Origin: Ophelia neglecta
Taxonomy: Eukaryota
DNA length: 64,000 nt
NCBI GenBank assembly: GCA_965285935.1
Contig: OZ260662.1
Location: 33,108,001-33,172,000 of the forward strand
Direction: 5' to 3'
Positions 1 to 11,244 of the stretch are shown piece by piece (the first letter of the stretch is position 1; every line of letters starts with the position of its first letter). The notes under the pieces were generated by a model that was given only the letters and a program-made list of their open reading frames with translations, ran no database searches and was not told where the DNA came from. The translations under genes and the position numbers were made by a program.

Positions 1-290
1 GAACGTTCCTCTTATATGACCTCAAGGGCGCCTTACATAATAAAAAAGAAAGATAAAACCTCAATATAAATCAAATAAAAGTTACATAATACGTATTTAT
101 AAAATAGTCCTATAGAATATAGTAGACCACATTTATTTCCGGCCAATCCGCAATTACAATCGAGCTTGAAATAGCGAGTCTTAAACTTGCATTTCAAGGC
201 TAAAACTGACTCTGTTGATCTCAGGCTACTTGGCAATTAATTCCAGAGCTTATGTCCTTAAAGGTAGAAATCAATTTAAAGCATTGACTA
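1..290 (-). mobile_element. Decayed 3' end of an L2/CR1-group LINE (ORF2 C-terminus plus 3' tail motif)
   Basis: The minus strand reads LWN*LPSSLRSTESVLALKCKFKTRYF, matching the LWNxLPxx(L/I)RxxxSxxxFKxxLKTxLF C-terminus of L2/CR1 ORF2. Bases 16-36 (ATGACCTCAAGGGCGCCTTAC) reverse-complement to a GTAAGGCGCCCTTGAG L2-type 3' motif, which recurs at 23777-23797. Confidence 0.7.
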
Positions 291-300
291 TCAGAAAGGC

Positions 301-545
301 TGTCGGGGTTTCATGATTTCGGATTCGCGGGCTGCTTCGAATGTGGAATGTGGTTGACTTACCCATACTGGACACCAGGGCGTCCATGGCTACAGAGTGG
401 TCAAACCGAGCTCCCAGGTTACTATAATTGGCTTTGTTTGAACAAGGACTGTCGTGTCTCCCACTGAAAGGGTGGGAACATTGAATATATCCAGTTGATG
501 TTCCTTACCCGATACCAGGAGCTCTGCCTTGTCAAAGTTAAGTTA
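301..545 (-). mobile_element. L2-clade LINE reverse transcriptase fragment, frameshifted
   Basis: The minus strand reads LNFDKAELLVSGKEHQLDIFNVPTLSVGDTTVLV / NLGARFDHSVAMDALVSSMGKSTTFHIRSSPRIR. This matches the L2 pattern LNxDKTE..VG..RNLGVxFDxxLSMxxHVxxxCKSxxFHLRxIxRIR. Confidence 0.75.
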
Positions 546-654
546 TTGGAAAAGTTGTGGGTCATTTCCGGACAGCAAGAGTTCAATGGCTGAGATACCA
601 CGCCCGATAGAATCGGAAGTCAAGCGCTTCTTTTCCTGGCCACATGGAACCGAC

Positions 655-960
655 ATTTTACAAATATGGTCCTTTAAAGTTCAACTTAATATAATTTAGA
701 GCTTTTTGTTGGAACCACTCTAGCTTCATAATATTACGAATACAACGTAAATATTATACACTGGAACAGTAATTGAAGTAACATTCCATAAAGCTACTAT
801 TCAGTAGCATTTTACTTCGCTCGTCAAGGACCCTGCTCAACCTGGACAAGGCCTTAACCAGCTTACCGGCTGTTTGACATAGGCCCACTGTGGATACATT
901 TGCGTCAAAATCAAGATTAAGATCAATATAGACATCCAACATCCTTTTCAGGTACAATGG
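655..960 (-). mobile_element. Second CR1/L2-group LINE RT fragment (post-YADD/thumb region), a different family from 301-545
   Basis: ORF 754-1008 plus read-through gives LDVYIDLNLDFDANVSTVGLCQTAGKLVKALSRLSRVLDERSKMLLNSSFMECYFNYCSSV*YLRCIRNIMKLEWFQQKALNYI. This fits LGVxIDxxLxFxxHVxxxCxKA..ALxRL..FNYCxxVW..KLExxQxxAL. It covers the same RT region as 301-545, so these are two separate insertions. Confidence 0.8.
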
Positions 961-1118
961 AAAGGTTTCCTGTGATAATCGCGTCTGAAGTAATATTTCT
1001 ACAACCATAAACTTATCAAAAATTATCGGGGTTGACCTTCATGTGATTACATTAAAACCGTTTGATCATTATAGAAGTATTGAATGTGAATGCCTGTTGT
1101 ACATAACATTATCATAAC

Positions 1119-2223
1119 CAGCCTGTGGCTGCTGGTTGTGACAACCTGTGGCGGCTGGTTGTAACAGCCTGTGGCTGCTGGTTGTGACAGCCTCTGGCTG
1201 CTAGTTGTAACAGCCTCTGGCTGCTGGTTGTGACAGCCGCTGGTTGTGACTGCCTGTGGCTGCTGGTTGTGACAGCCGCTGGTTTTGACAACCTGTGGCT
1301 GCTGGTTGTGACAGCCTGTGGCTGCTGGTTGTGACAGCCGCTTTTCGGGACAGCCTGTGGCTGCTGGTTGTGACAGCTTGTAACTGCTGGTTGTAACTGC
1401 CTGTGGCTGCTGGTTGTGACTGCCTGTGGCTGCTGGTTTTGACTGCCTGTGGCTGCTGGTTGTGACAGCCTGTGGCTGGTGGGTGTGACTGACTGTGGCT
1501 GCTGGTTGCGACAGCCTGTGGCTGCTGGTTGTGACAGCCTGTGGCTGCTGGTTGTGACAGCCTGTGGCTGCTGGTTGTGACAGCCTTTGGCTGCTGGTTG
1601 TGACAGCCTGTGGCTGCTGGTCGTGACAGCCTGTGGCTGTTGGTTGTGACAGCCTGTGGCTGCTGGTTGTGGCAGCCTGTGGCTGCTGGTTATGACAGCC
1701 TGTGGCTGCTGGTTGTGACAGCCTTTGGCTGCTGGTTGTGACAGCCTGTGGCTGCTGGTTGTGACAACCTGTGGCTGCTGGCTGTGACTGCCTGTGGCTG
1801 CTGGTTGTGACAGCCTGTGGCTTCTGGTTGTGACAGCCTGTGGCTGCTGGTTGTGACAGCCTTTGGCTGCTGGTTGTGACAGCCTGTGGCTGCTGGTTGT
1901 GACAACCTGTGGCTGCTGGTTGTGACAACCTGTGGCTGCTGGTTGTGACAGCCGCTTGTCGGGACAGCCTGTAGCTGCTGGTCGTGACAGCCTGTGGCTG
2001 CTGGTTGTGACAGCCGCTGGTTGTGACAGCCTGTGGCTGCTGGTTGTGACAGCCGCTGGTTGTGTCAGCCTTTGTCTGCTGGTTGTGACATCCTGTGGCT
2101 GCTGGTCATGACAGCTTGTGCCTGCTGGTTGTGACAGCCTGTGGCTGCTGGTTGTGACAGCCTGTGGCTGCTGATTGTGACAGCCTGTGGCTGCTGATTG
2201 TGACAGCCTGTGGCTGCTGATTG
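1119..2223. repeat. 23-bp minisatellite, about 48-50 units, consensus GACAGCCTGTGGCTGCTGGTTGT
   Basis: Directly visible tandem array. It includes 16-bp deleted units (GACAGCCGCTGGTTGT) and point variants. It explains the repetitive minus-strand ORFs 1047-1928, 1112-2245 and 1690-1905. Confidence 0.98.
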
Positions 2224-5200
2224 CTTGCTGATGTTTTCGGACCAAATTTATGGAATGTTTTGATTGACGATCTTTCTTTTTCTGTCGGGTATTTAATCCC
2301 GTTTTTTAAAGTATGTGCGAGCACCAAAATTAGATGTGGATTATTTCTATCATACAAAAGAACGTTAATGCGTTGAACAAACGCGGATATTGTTTTATTG
2401 TTTACGATTTCAGCGCGTTTGTTTTATTAATGATGCCATGAATTGAGCTGTTTGCGTATTTTTCTATATATGCATGTATTTATGTCAGAAACATGATTGC
2501 TAACCACACTGTCTATTACAAAGGTATTCGGACAAAAATATTATTTTATATAATTGAATTTATCATAAAATTTATTTAAATTATAGTTTGATTAACACTT
2601 TTTTTATCAGAAACATGATCAAACTGTAATCCAGGCTGTCTATCTCAAGGATATAAGGGAAAAAAACAATTTTTTAATATTTGCGGGAAGATTTATACTA
2701 TTACGGAAAAAACAGAGAAATCCTCCCTTCGGTCAGAATAATAAACAATTACTATTATTGTGAATATTCAGCTACAGTCTACCGATATATCTGCGAAGAT
2801 CAATAGCTGTGGATTGTCATAATTTCTCAATAACCAGCTGGCCACAATCACGTGGTGTTTTTTATTACTAAAATCATCGTGGCGTAGAGTCGTTGGTGGT
2901 GGTGGTGGGGGGGGGGATGGGGGTGGTTTTGCCCTAAATTCTCTTAAGGCAAGAACTAATAAAGACCTGGGCGGTTCGTCAATGAAGTAAGAGCCAAATG
3001 CTGTTGGCCTGATATACATTTCCATGTATGAATACTGCTCCCATGGTGCTTCGAAGCTCGGAAGGGTTGATCTTCAACCAAAACTGCCGTATTCAAATAT
3101 ATTCTTGCAAATCAATCAAATAAGCATGAATATTATATACTTTTTACAATTTAGATAAGATACCTCAACTCGAATGCAGGCGTATCCCCTTTTAGAATGT
3201 ATATATTATCTGAATTATCAATGCAAAAAATCACTTAGTAGATTTAGTCCGCAAGTAGGAAATCCATCATGCAGGCATTCAATAATGTTTTCAACAATTC
3301 TCCTGTAAGGTGATTTGACAGATCTAAAGACACCCTGTGACTAGATATATATAGAATAGGATATTTGTGGGCCGCACAAATGAAATGCCTTCCCACCTGA
3401 AGGAAGTTTCTTTTATCACTCCTTGTCGCGATTTGTCTTCAAAAAACGTGATGGTATATGTCCCTCTTGGCGTGGCGATGACAGGTTTATTGATCTAAAC
3501 CCGCCTAACTGGGCATGAACGGAAGTCATTGTGCACGGCTGGCACGTTCCAATCAAATTTTCTACATCACGTGCTCCTGGATAATGTATTTCAGTTTTAT
3601 CAATCTTTAGATCGTGCTTAAGCAACCCGATTTTGTGATATTTCATAGTTATAGTCCAAAGTGCGTTTTTTTGTGCTTTCTGTCCTTCATTTGAATGCGT
3701 AGAATGTTATCAATAATATTTGTGGACAGGGGTTCACAGCTTGGCGACCTTTAAATATTTTTTTCTTCAATTGCCAATAAGTCGAGCAGGAAGATGGAGT
3801 CCCTGTGCATCCGGTTGATATCCTATTCCTTTTCATTTCTTATTTTTTGTATCCTCAAGGTGGTAAACGAAAATCGATGTTCCAAGCTGGAGATATTGTC
3901 CCAAGAGGTCCGGTCTGAAGCTATGTTGGCGGCCATTTTGGCTCTTGCATTTTACTTGTGGAAATGTTGCATGAAGAATCGATTGAGAAGGTTATTCTCA
4001 TGACTGAGCTTTATCTAAACTCAAAGAACATGGAAAACGAGTCTTTAAATTTTATAATCAAAACCTTTCAAACTTTATTTGGTCACACTAATGCAAAATA
4101 GCCAAAATGATATTTTGATCGGACTGTATTAAGCTTAACACATTACCCTTAAAGTCAAGTCCTACCTGTCTAGATACTTATGGACCTAAGGTGAAAGGCT
4201 AGTGTGAACGCAGGTATTGGTTAATATAATTGGCCTATCTACCATATCAGTTAGGCCATTTTCATTTTGTTAGTTTGGCCATTTTTTGTGTCACTTGAGG
4301 CGATTTCTTCACTATTTGATGTATTTTTACATTGCTTAACCATGTCACTTATATTAGGTTATCTTAATTTAAGCGGGTCAGCATTTAGACCATTTAGACA
4401 CTTTTGCAACTTCGGCCATATATGATTTACTTATATTGCCTTATGTAACTTTCGGCAAAAAAAAAGATATTTGATAATTCTTTGATTTCAACCGCAATGT
4501 TCTTAAAAAAACATTTTCAGAAGGTCACCAATATATCAAATTATACGAAAAATAGACAGATTCAATAAGTTTTTCTTCATAAACACAAAACTATGAAAAT
4601 ATTACCTCTAAATGCCATCTTACATTAGTGCGATGATATCTAAAAATACACAAACCATTAGCTTCCAATGAAAGCATGCATCTACTTAAATTACTATTGA
4701 TAAAATAAACAACATATGTAAGACTCATGGAAATCAAAATAACGCAAAGTCTATTCTAATAGTATTTTCATCTTGCGCCATTGTACAGGTGCATAAAGCA
4801 CTGTGATTTTTTTCATTACGTTATCCGTCACTAGCTACTCTTAATCATCTTCATCCTTCTCCTACGGAAAATATAGGACCGCAAGACCACACTGTCCTAG
4901 GTTCTCTGTCTTCTTCAAGCCTTATCCAAGATCATAGGGCTTTCGGTGTGGGAATAGTTATTTCGTAGTTAGCTGGCATGGTAGTGGTTCACAAGTCCAC
5001 TGTGTGCGAAGTAGTTTGGTCCTTCCTATGCAAGGAATCGTTTTATCATTTTCCGCCGCACATGTAAAAGACGAACAGGTTGTTAATCTTCGCACAATGC
5101 TGCAGTATTAAAAGCAGACATTTATCTATCACACTCAGCCAGAATAAGAGGATCATACAGAGCTGCCCTGAGCACACCCCCTCTTCATAGTCCACGTACT

Positions 5201-5410
5201 TCTCGTGCCTGGCATGAAACCCTGCAACGGGAAGTCAAGGGTCTTATTACGACAAATACGTACAGGACCAAAGGGTTAGACACCTTCACCATTTCATTCC
5301 CAATGAATAATTAGTAAACAACCGCCACGTGACTGTTTTGAAAGGCAAGGACCTGAGCATCTGCCTTCCCTTCAGGTAGCCATTGGCCTTGTAGCAATGA
5401 AGACTTCCGA

Positions 5411-5673
5411 AAATACGGGAGTGGATACATGGGATACAAAGCCAAATCATAGGCCAACCAAAGTCATTTAAAACCCAAATTCGCCAGGAACCAGCTGCTA
5501 GAGCACCACACACATCAAGAAATTGATCTCCAGCTCCCAAACAATAAACAAACGTGTAACAAATAAAACATCCTGAAACACAAAATAAGTATCACTTGCA
5601 ATAAGAAGTTTTCAACAGTTTCCCATTATACAGATTACAAAACAAACGAGTCAATGGTCAAAGTACGACAAAG
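5411..5673 (+). repeat. Dispersed ~270-bp repeat family A, copy 1
   Basis: Shares the blocks CGGGAGTGGxTAC..CAAAGCCAAAT, CAGGAACCAGC and AACAAACGAGTCAxTGGTCAAxGTAxGACAAA with 27641-27882. Confidence 0.85.
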
Positions 5674-7247
5674 ATGAAACTTGCCCTAAGAGAGACTATA
5701 ATAGTGTAAGCTTTTTCATAATATTTTGAGACTATAGGCGTATCTTAGTGTCACAAGACCATTGGGGGATGTCAAAGGTCCCTGAATGCTAAAGAGGAAA
5801 ATTTTACCAGATCTCCTCAATAGTATTTAATAACATTACTTACTGGTACGTAAAGTGAACCAGTCACGGTTAGACAAGGTTGATTGTTCTCCTCGAGATA
5901 TCTTAATTGGTCAATCAACCACGAAAAAACGAGATCCAAGGCCATCTCCTGTTAAAATTCACACAAATGATAGTTCTCTACCTCACACTTGCAATTGTAA
6001 GCTGTACGGTGCCATGTTAACCCTGACATTTTCATCTTTCTTCGGCATATTTGTTTTTAGATCCCGAAGGCTGGTTATTAGAGATTCTGTGGCGATAGGC
6101 CTACATAAGATAGTCTTTATCCTTTTCTTGTGATGTTGCTATGTTTTCTTAAGAAATGATGGCATCTTATTTCTAAGACATGTCGCTCTCAATGTCTCAA
6201 TTTCAGAAAACATCATATCCTATGCACAGGCTGCAAAATTATGACCTTTGGCACCGATAAGAGATTGGAAAGTCTGTTCAACTACACTGCATATATTTTG
6301 TATGAATTCTCATATATGCGGCATCACAGTTTTGAAAATTTTCACTGCCGCACATGATCATGCTATCAAAATCCTTGACAGTCTGTTGTTATTCATACAT
6401 TTTATAATAGTGTTTTGACGTCACGCCATTGTATGCGCTGTTGATTAAGAAACACGAATCTATTGAAGACATACGATTCGTAAACTGGACCCAGTAGTTT
6501 CGTGCATGCATATACGAATTTACTGCCAAAAATAGACAGAAAAATAGAAATATAATATCAGGTATCATTATAATTAGGTTTATTTTTTACATTGAATAGT
6601 CGCAGACCTCATTTACACTACTGTCGGTTCTGTCCATGAACTTTGAGACACAGTTAATGAACACACAAGGGTTAGTGAAGGGATGTGATTGGCATTGACA
6701 TATTAATCAGTTGGTCTTATGATAAACATTATGATAAGCTATTCATTTTTTAATTTGATTGGAAGTAATTGAATGTCTATTTGATTTTTTAAAACTTTTT
6801 TTCGGTCACTTTCTGGTCCGGTAAGGCAGTTGCTCAAAACGAGTTACGGAAAAATAGTTAGTATACTCCTATCAAACTCCAATTGTTCGCATGATGCCAC
6901 CAGTTTGCTGTCGGATATATAGGAGTGCTGGATCTTTCTTCGTACATTTATTTAATATGACAAATATCAATACTCTTCAACAAATCAAAGTGCGCCACTA
7001 TAAGTCCCATAAGTTTTATTTGTTATTGGTCATTCTGTTGATAACATATTTGCGCCTCTCTCAGCAGTTTTCACAGCCGAAATAATTCAGGGCATGATAG
7101 ACTCTAGCGACCTACCAAATCGTTTTGGCTGCTTTTCAGGAACCATAGTCGCGACTATCATACCAGCCATAAGCTGCCAAGCTGATACCCAAATGTCATG
7201 GTGGGAGTCTAGGAATTAACTTGTGACCTGACAACTGACATCAATCA

Positions 7248-7303
7248 GTGTTTACTGAGTTCTGCTGCGGTACTTGTGTTTATTGTGTTCTGCTGCGGTA
7301 CTT
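7248..7303. repeat. 28-bp tandem duplication
   Basis: GTGTTTACTGAGTTCTGCTGCGGTACTT is followed by GTGTTTATTGTGTTCTGCTGCGGTACTT. Confidence 0.9.
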
Positions 7304-8161
7304 ATATTCCTCAGCTTCAGAACACACCAAACTCAGGTTAAAAAAATAGCCGTTAGGTATGGGAATATTGCTCACAAACCCTTATCTACTACCCGATTAG
7401 TGGGAATAAATGACACCCGGCAATGTGAGGAGGCTATGAGATAGGCTTATCTATATAGAATGGTTGTTTTCTAGTCCTTTTGGCCATTGATGAAAGAATA
7501 TTGTAAATGCAGGTCTACATGCTATTTGAGTTGAAAGAAGGGTTCCCGGATATTTGGTTTGTAAGCAGGAAAAAAAGGTAACCAGTTGGTTAGTTCACTC
7601 AACATGTTTTGAGCGCCTATTACAACCGCTTTTTACCATGCGAGAAAAAACAATTTCTTCAGTTAACGTAAAGTTAAGCTAACGTTAACAGAACGTTAAG
7701 TAAACGTTGACCATCTCTCGTTGCCGTGATCACTCTTACTGTCGACATGTTTTGTAAGGTCTGTCAAATCATACGCATGCTGGTATAATCCGACTTCCGG
7801 TTTCAGTTCGTATTTTTAAGGATTTTGTAATTGTATGGTTCAGCTTTATAAACTAACAGTTTAGACGATAAGAATTCAAATGCTTCAGGAACAAATCACG
7901 TTTTTCGTCTTCTTTGGAAATTCCAAGACATATAATAGCTTAAGACCAGGTTTTCAGGTGTCCATTATCACTATTAAATGAAAGATAAAACTATAATTCC
8001 GCCTTAAAATACTGGGCACTGTATACCAGCTACACAATAAGTCGATGTGTACTACATTAAAGAAAGAGTTCTAATGTTACTACTGATTGATGCGCATTGT
8101 ATACATGCTTGTAAGACTCTCATAGACTTCTTGGGCATTTTTCATTTCATTTCATTTCATC

Positions 8162-8428
8162 TCTGTCCTATGTTGACCACTGAATTAGTTTTTTTGTACT
8201 CTGACTCGCACCATAGAAAAGTGTTGACTACTTATTTAATTCATACTCATTGCAAATTAAATCAATTTCATAATTGCATTTCTATTTGCATAACAAGCTT
8301 ATTTACAGTTTGGGGGCCGGGACTGGTTTATTTTGCCTGTAGTTGCTGGTTCCTGATGAATTCAGTTTAACTTAATGGCGTACTCTTGGTAAATGATCTT
8401 TCTTTGTCTATATATCCACTCCAGTTTG
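8162..8428 (-). repeat. Dispersed repeat family A, inverted copy
   Basis: TGTCCTATGTTGACCACTGA, CCTGTAGTTGCTGGTTCCTGATGA and CTTTGTCT..ATCCACTCC match the reverse complements of the three blocks in 27641-27882, in the expected order. Confidence 0.8.
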
Positions 8429-9694
8429 ATCTTGAACCTAAGCGTGTAACACAACTATGAATTTCAGCGAAATCTAAAATGAATATCATGATATAGCTCA
8501 ATGCAAATATCTCAAAATATGAAACTATAGCTTTATGCTCATGAAAAAACTACTTTTGTTCAAGACAATTGCAAAACAAAGACAACGCCTCCCCTCTCCG
8601 TACCTTATAAATAATTGATCCCATTTTACTCATAAAGTAGGATGATACCTCTTCATTCGCCCCCAATTTACACCCACTTACGAAGACCTTTATCCTGTAA
8701 TGATAACCTTGAGTGTTTTCAATTTTCCAACCATAACATGTCTGTAATAACAAACCCATGGAAACGTCCGTAAATCTCGGTTTATTGGTATTAAATTTTA
8801 AAGGAAGAATTAGCCGTCACAGCTGGCCAAGAAGTCTTAATCCGACAGAAGCATTGTCCGTGCCAATAGAAATCGCGGATATATGATCCCTGCGTACTTC
8901 TAAAACATATCGGAATGTAGTTATTTACGCTTATTTCAATAAACAACACAAGAATGAATGACTAGTACTTAAGTGCAAGGTATACTAGGCAATCCTTTCA
9001 GCATTATATTATTCGGGAGCCAGCTGGTTATAGGTTAGATAATTTAAAGAGGAATTTTCGTTCAGTTGTATGTTAGATATTGGACTCGTTTACCCATCTC
9101 ATTCGTGTACAATGTCCTTTTGCGAAGAAAAAAGGTCTGCATTTGCAAGACTTTTTTAAAGGCGTTCCGATGATGGAAGCTTTTATTGAAACGTTTTTTT
9201 TTCTTCATAAATCCTCTACAGTGGCAATAACCGAAGTCATTGTGCATCTCTGGCACGTATTAATCAATTACCTCTATATCACGCGTGTCCTTGGATACAT
9301 TGTTCCTTTTAGTATCCCACTGGGACTGTGCTCTGGTTATCCGATTTGAAATATCTCATAGTTAGTGTCGAACGTTTTATGCGCCTAGTCCTGTCTTTAA
9401 TTGAGTAAAGCCAGTTGCATAAGACGTTAAATGGAAAAGGGCTTACTGCTTAGCGACATTGAATAGTTCTTTTCTCATTTCCGGAACTTCTGAACCGATA
9501 CATGCATTGACAACAGATTTTCGTCTGAAGAAATATCAACGATGTCTCTATTCTTCCCATTGTGAGGTGTTTTCCCATCTGGTGCTTATATTTAATACTT
9601 AAAAGATTACAAGTGCCCCCCCCCCCCAAATATACACTTTTCACACTATGTCGATGTAATGGTATCTATTGCATATAACCGATATCATCGCACT

Positions 9695-11000
9695 ACTTCA
9701 TGGATTGGTTTTGAATAATAAGCATCCTTATTATCTATTGATGCCATAAAAAAGCCTTGCTTCGTCATGGCGATAGCAGACTATTAAGATTCCATTTTAA
9801 AATTCTGAAAGGGGACAAACGACTGGTTGAATGCCTTGGGAATTCCTAAGTCTTTCTTAGCTCTCAGCAGACATTGGAGGTGAATGCTCCTTGTTCATGA
9901 CCACATTACTGTTTAATATATGTTTCCAGGAACTTTTTTATTTCCACATCGAAAATATGAGAATCTTTTTCTGAAAATCTAAGAGATCAGGGAGTTTTGT
10001 TTAAAACGGCGCCCTGGTCAGTTTTTTTCAGCCCGGACACAGTATTTAGGACTCATTGGTTAGTTTTTTCCCAGTGGTTTACAAAATGCCTTATTCTTTA
10101 ATATTTGAACTGTCGGATTTATCTAATTGCAGTAGAAATCAATGTATCGATGTAATTTAGGAAGTTTGTATCTGAAGTACAGGTTACTGTTTCACTCGCT
10201 GAGACTTCTGATCTTGCTTGGTCTTGTCCTTGTGGTATACCTTTCACCTTTTTGAGTGCTTCTCTGTACTGTGGGGGTGTGTCGCGGCTCTGTCTCTGGC
10301 CATGACAATTATAAGAATGGTGCCTTGACTAATGATATTTTGAAGTGCCTTGTACCGGTTTCTTTGCGTAGTACTCCTTATCCTTTTTGGCAAATCATCT
10401 CTGAACCACACCTGGTTTAGTGTGCTTTGTGAAAATATTCAACGTGAGGCATGCCTTGAAAGAGCAACAGAATCTGAGAAAAGTGACAGGGAGTTTTTCA
10501 CTGCCTCGGCATCTGCATGTTTAGGTGATCTGCTAGGCTGGTTGTGGCACAGGCGCTCTGACAATGATCCAGATATATTTCTTCATTCATACGAGCTGCA
10601 ATTAAGTCTGGGCATTTATTAGGCCTAAGATTCATGTCCTCGTTTGTTCTAGCGGGGGTAGAAACTCCAGCCTAGCTCTTTCTGCCGGCCCTGTGCCCTC
10701 TTTCCTGTTGGATATCAGGGAAGCCTGCAGGAGAAATACTTCGTCATCAGGCTTGGTATCTTCCATATAAGTATTTAGCTTCTAAGGCAAGTCGCCACTG
10801 AAGGGTCACTTAGTTATAGGGGGAGTGAAATAATGCAAAAGGCTCAGAGTCAGAGTCACTCTCCTCTTTCTGAGAGGAGGCATTAAAGCCAGAAGTTCTG
10901 GGAAGAGACATCGAATGACTGAACTACCTTGCCCATCATAGCATGAAGTGCTAAGAGGGCCTCCCCTAGATCTAGGTTGCTTTCCTTTCCGTCTTCTTCA
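9695..11000 (-). mobile_element. Decayed, 3'-truncated DIRS1-like (tyrosine-recombinase class) retrotransposon: gag-like ORF and start of RT
   Basis: The minus-strand RT reads RIRHFVNHWEK..RFSEKDSHIFDVEIKKFLE..CGHEQGAFTSNV..FVPFQNFKMES**SAIAMTKQGFFMASIDNKDAYYSKPIHE, compared with the DIRS pattern HFKME..MASIDLKDAYYSVPI. The upstream gag-like part has RPNKCPDLIAARMNEEI, SDSVAL and WFRDDLPKRIR (compare LFGDDLxK). There are many stops and frameshifts. No RNase H or recombinase part is seen. Confidence 0.85.
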
Positions 11001-11224
11001 GCAATTGCAGAGGTCACGATAAAATATTAAACCCAAATATTATACAGTATCTAAATAGAAGTAACGCTTATGACACAAAGCACAGCCGAGGTGAAAACTC
11101 AGCCGTCGTGCTTGTAATACAATAGTAATGATGACACCTCTGGACTAGACGGGCTCAAAGAACACACTGACAGGATAATGAGCAAACACTATATCAACGT
11201 CATTACGGAAGTGACATTGAATTC

Positions 11225-11244
11225 GGGGGGGGGGGGGGGGGGGG
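11225..11244 (+). repeat. G20 homopolymer tract
   Basis: 20 consecutive G. Other G/C tracts lie near 2906, 9616, 12155, 34675, 39209, 51617, 63219 and 63760. Confidence 0.95.

Noticed and set aside
1119-2223. CRISPR array or genuine mucin-like CDS
   Set aside because: The units are head-to-tail with no unique spacers and there are no cas genes. The ORFs arise in all three frames from a 23-bp unit and lack an ATG start, so they are not listed as CDS.
9616-11244. C12 and G20 tracts as inverted termini of the DIRS relic
   Set aside because: G/C homopolymers are common throughout the window and the element is truncated inside RT, so the symmetry is probably coincidental.
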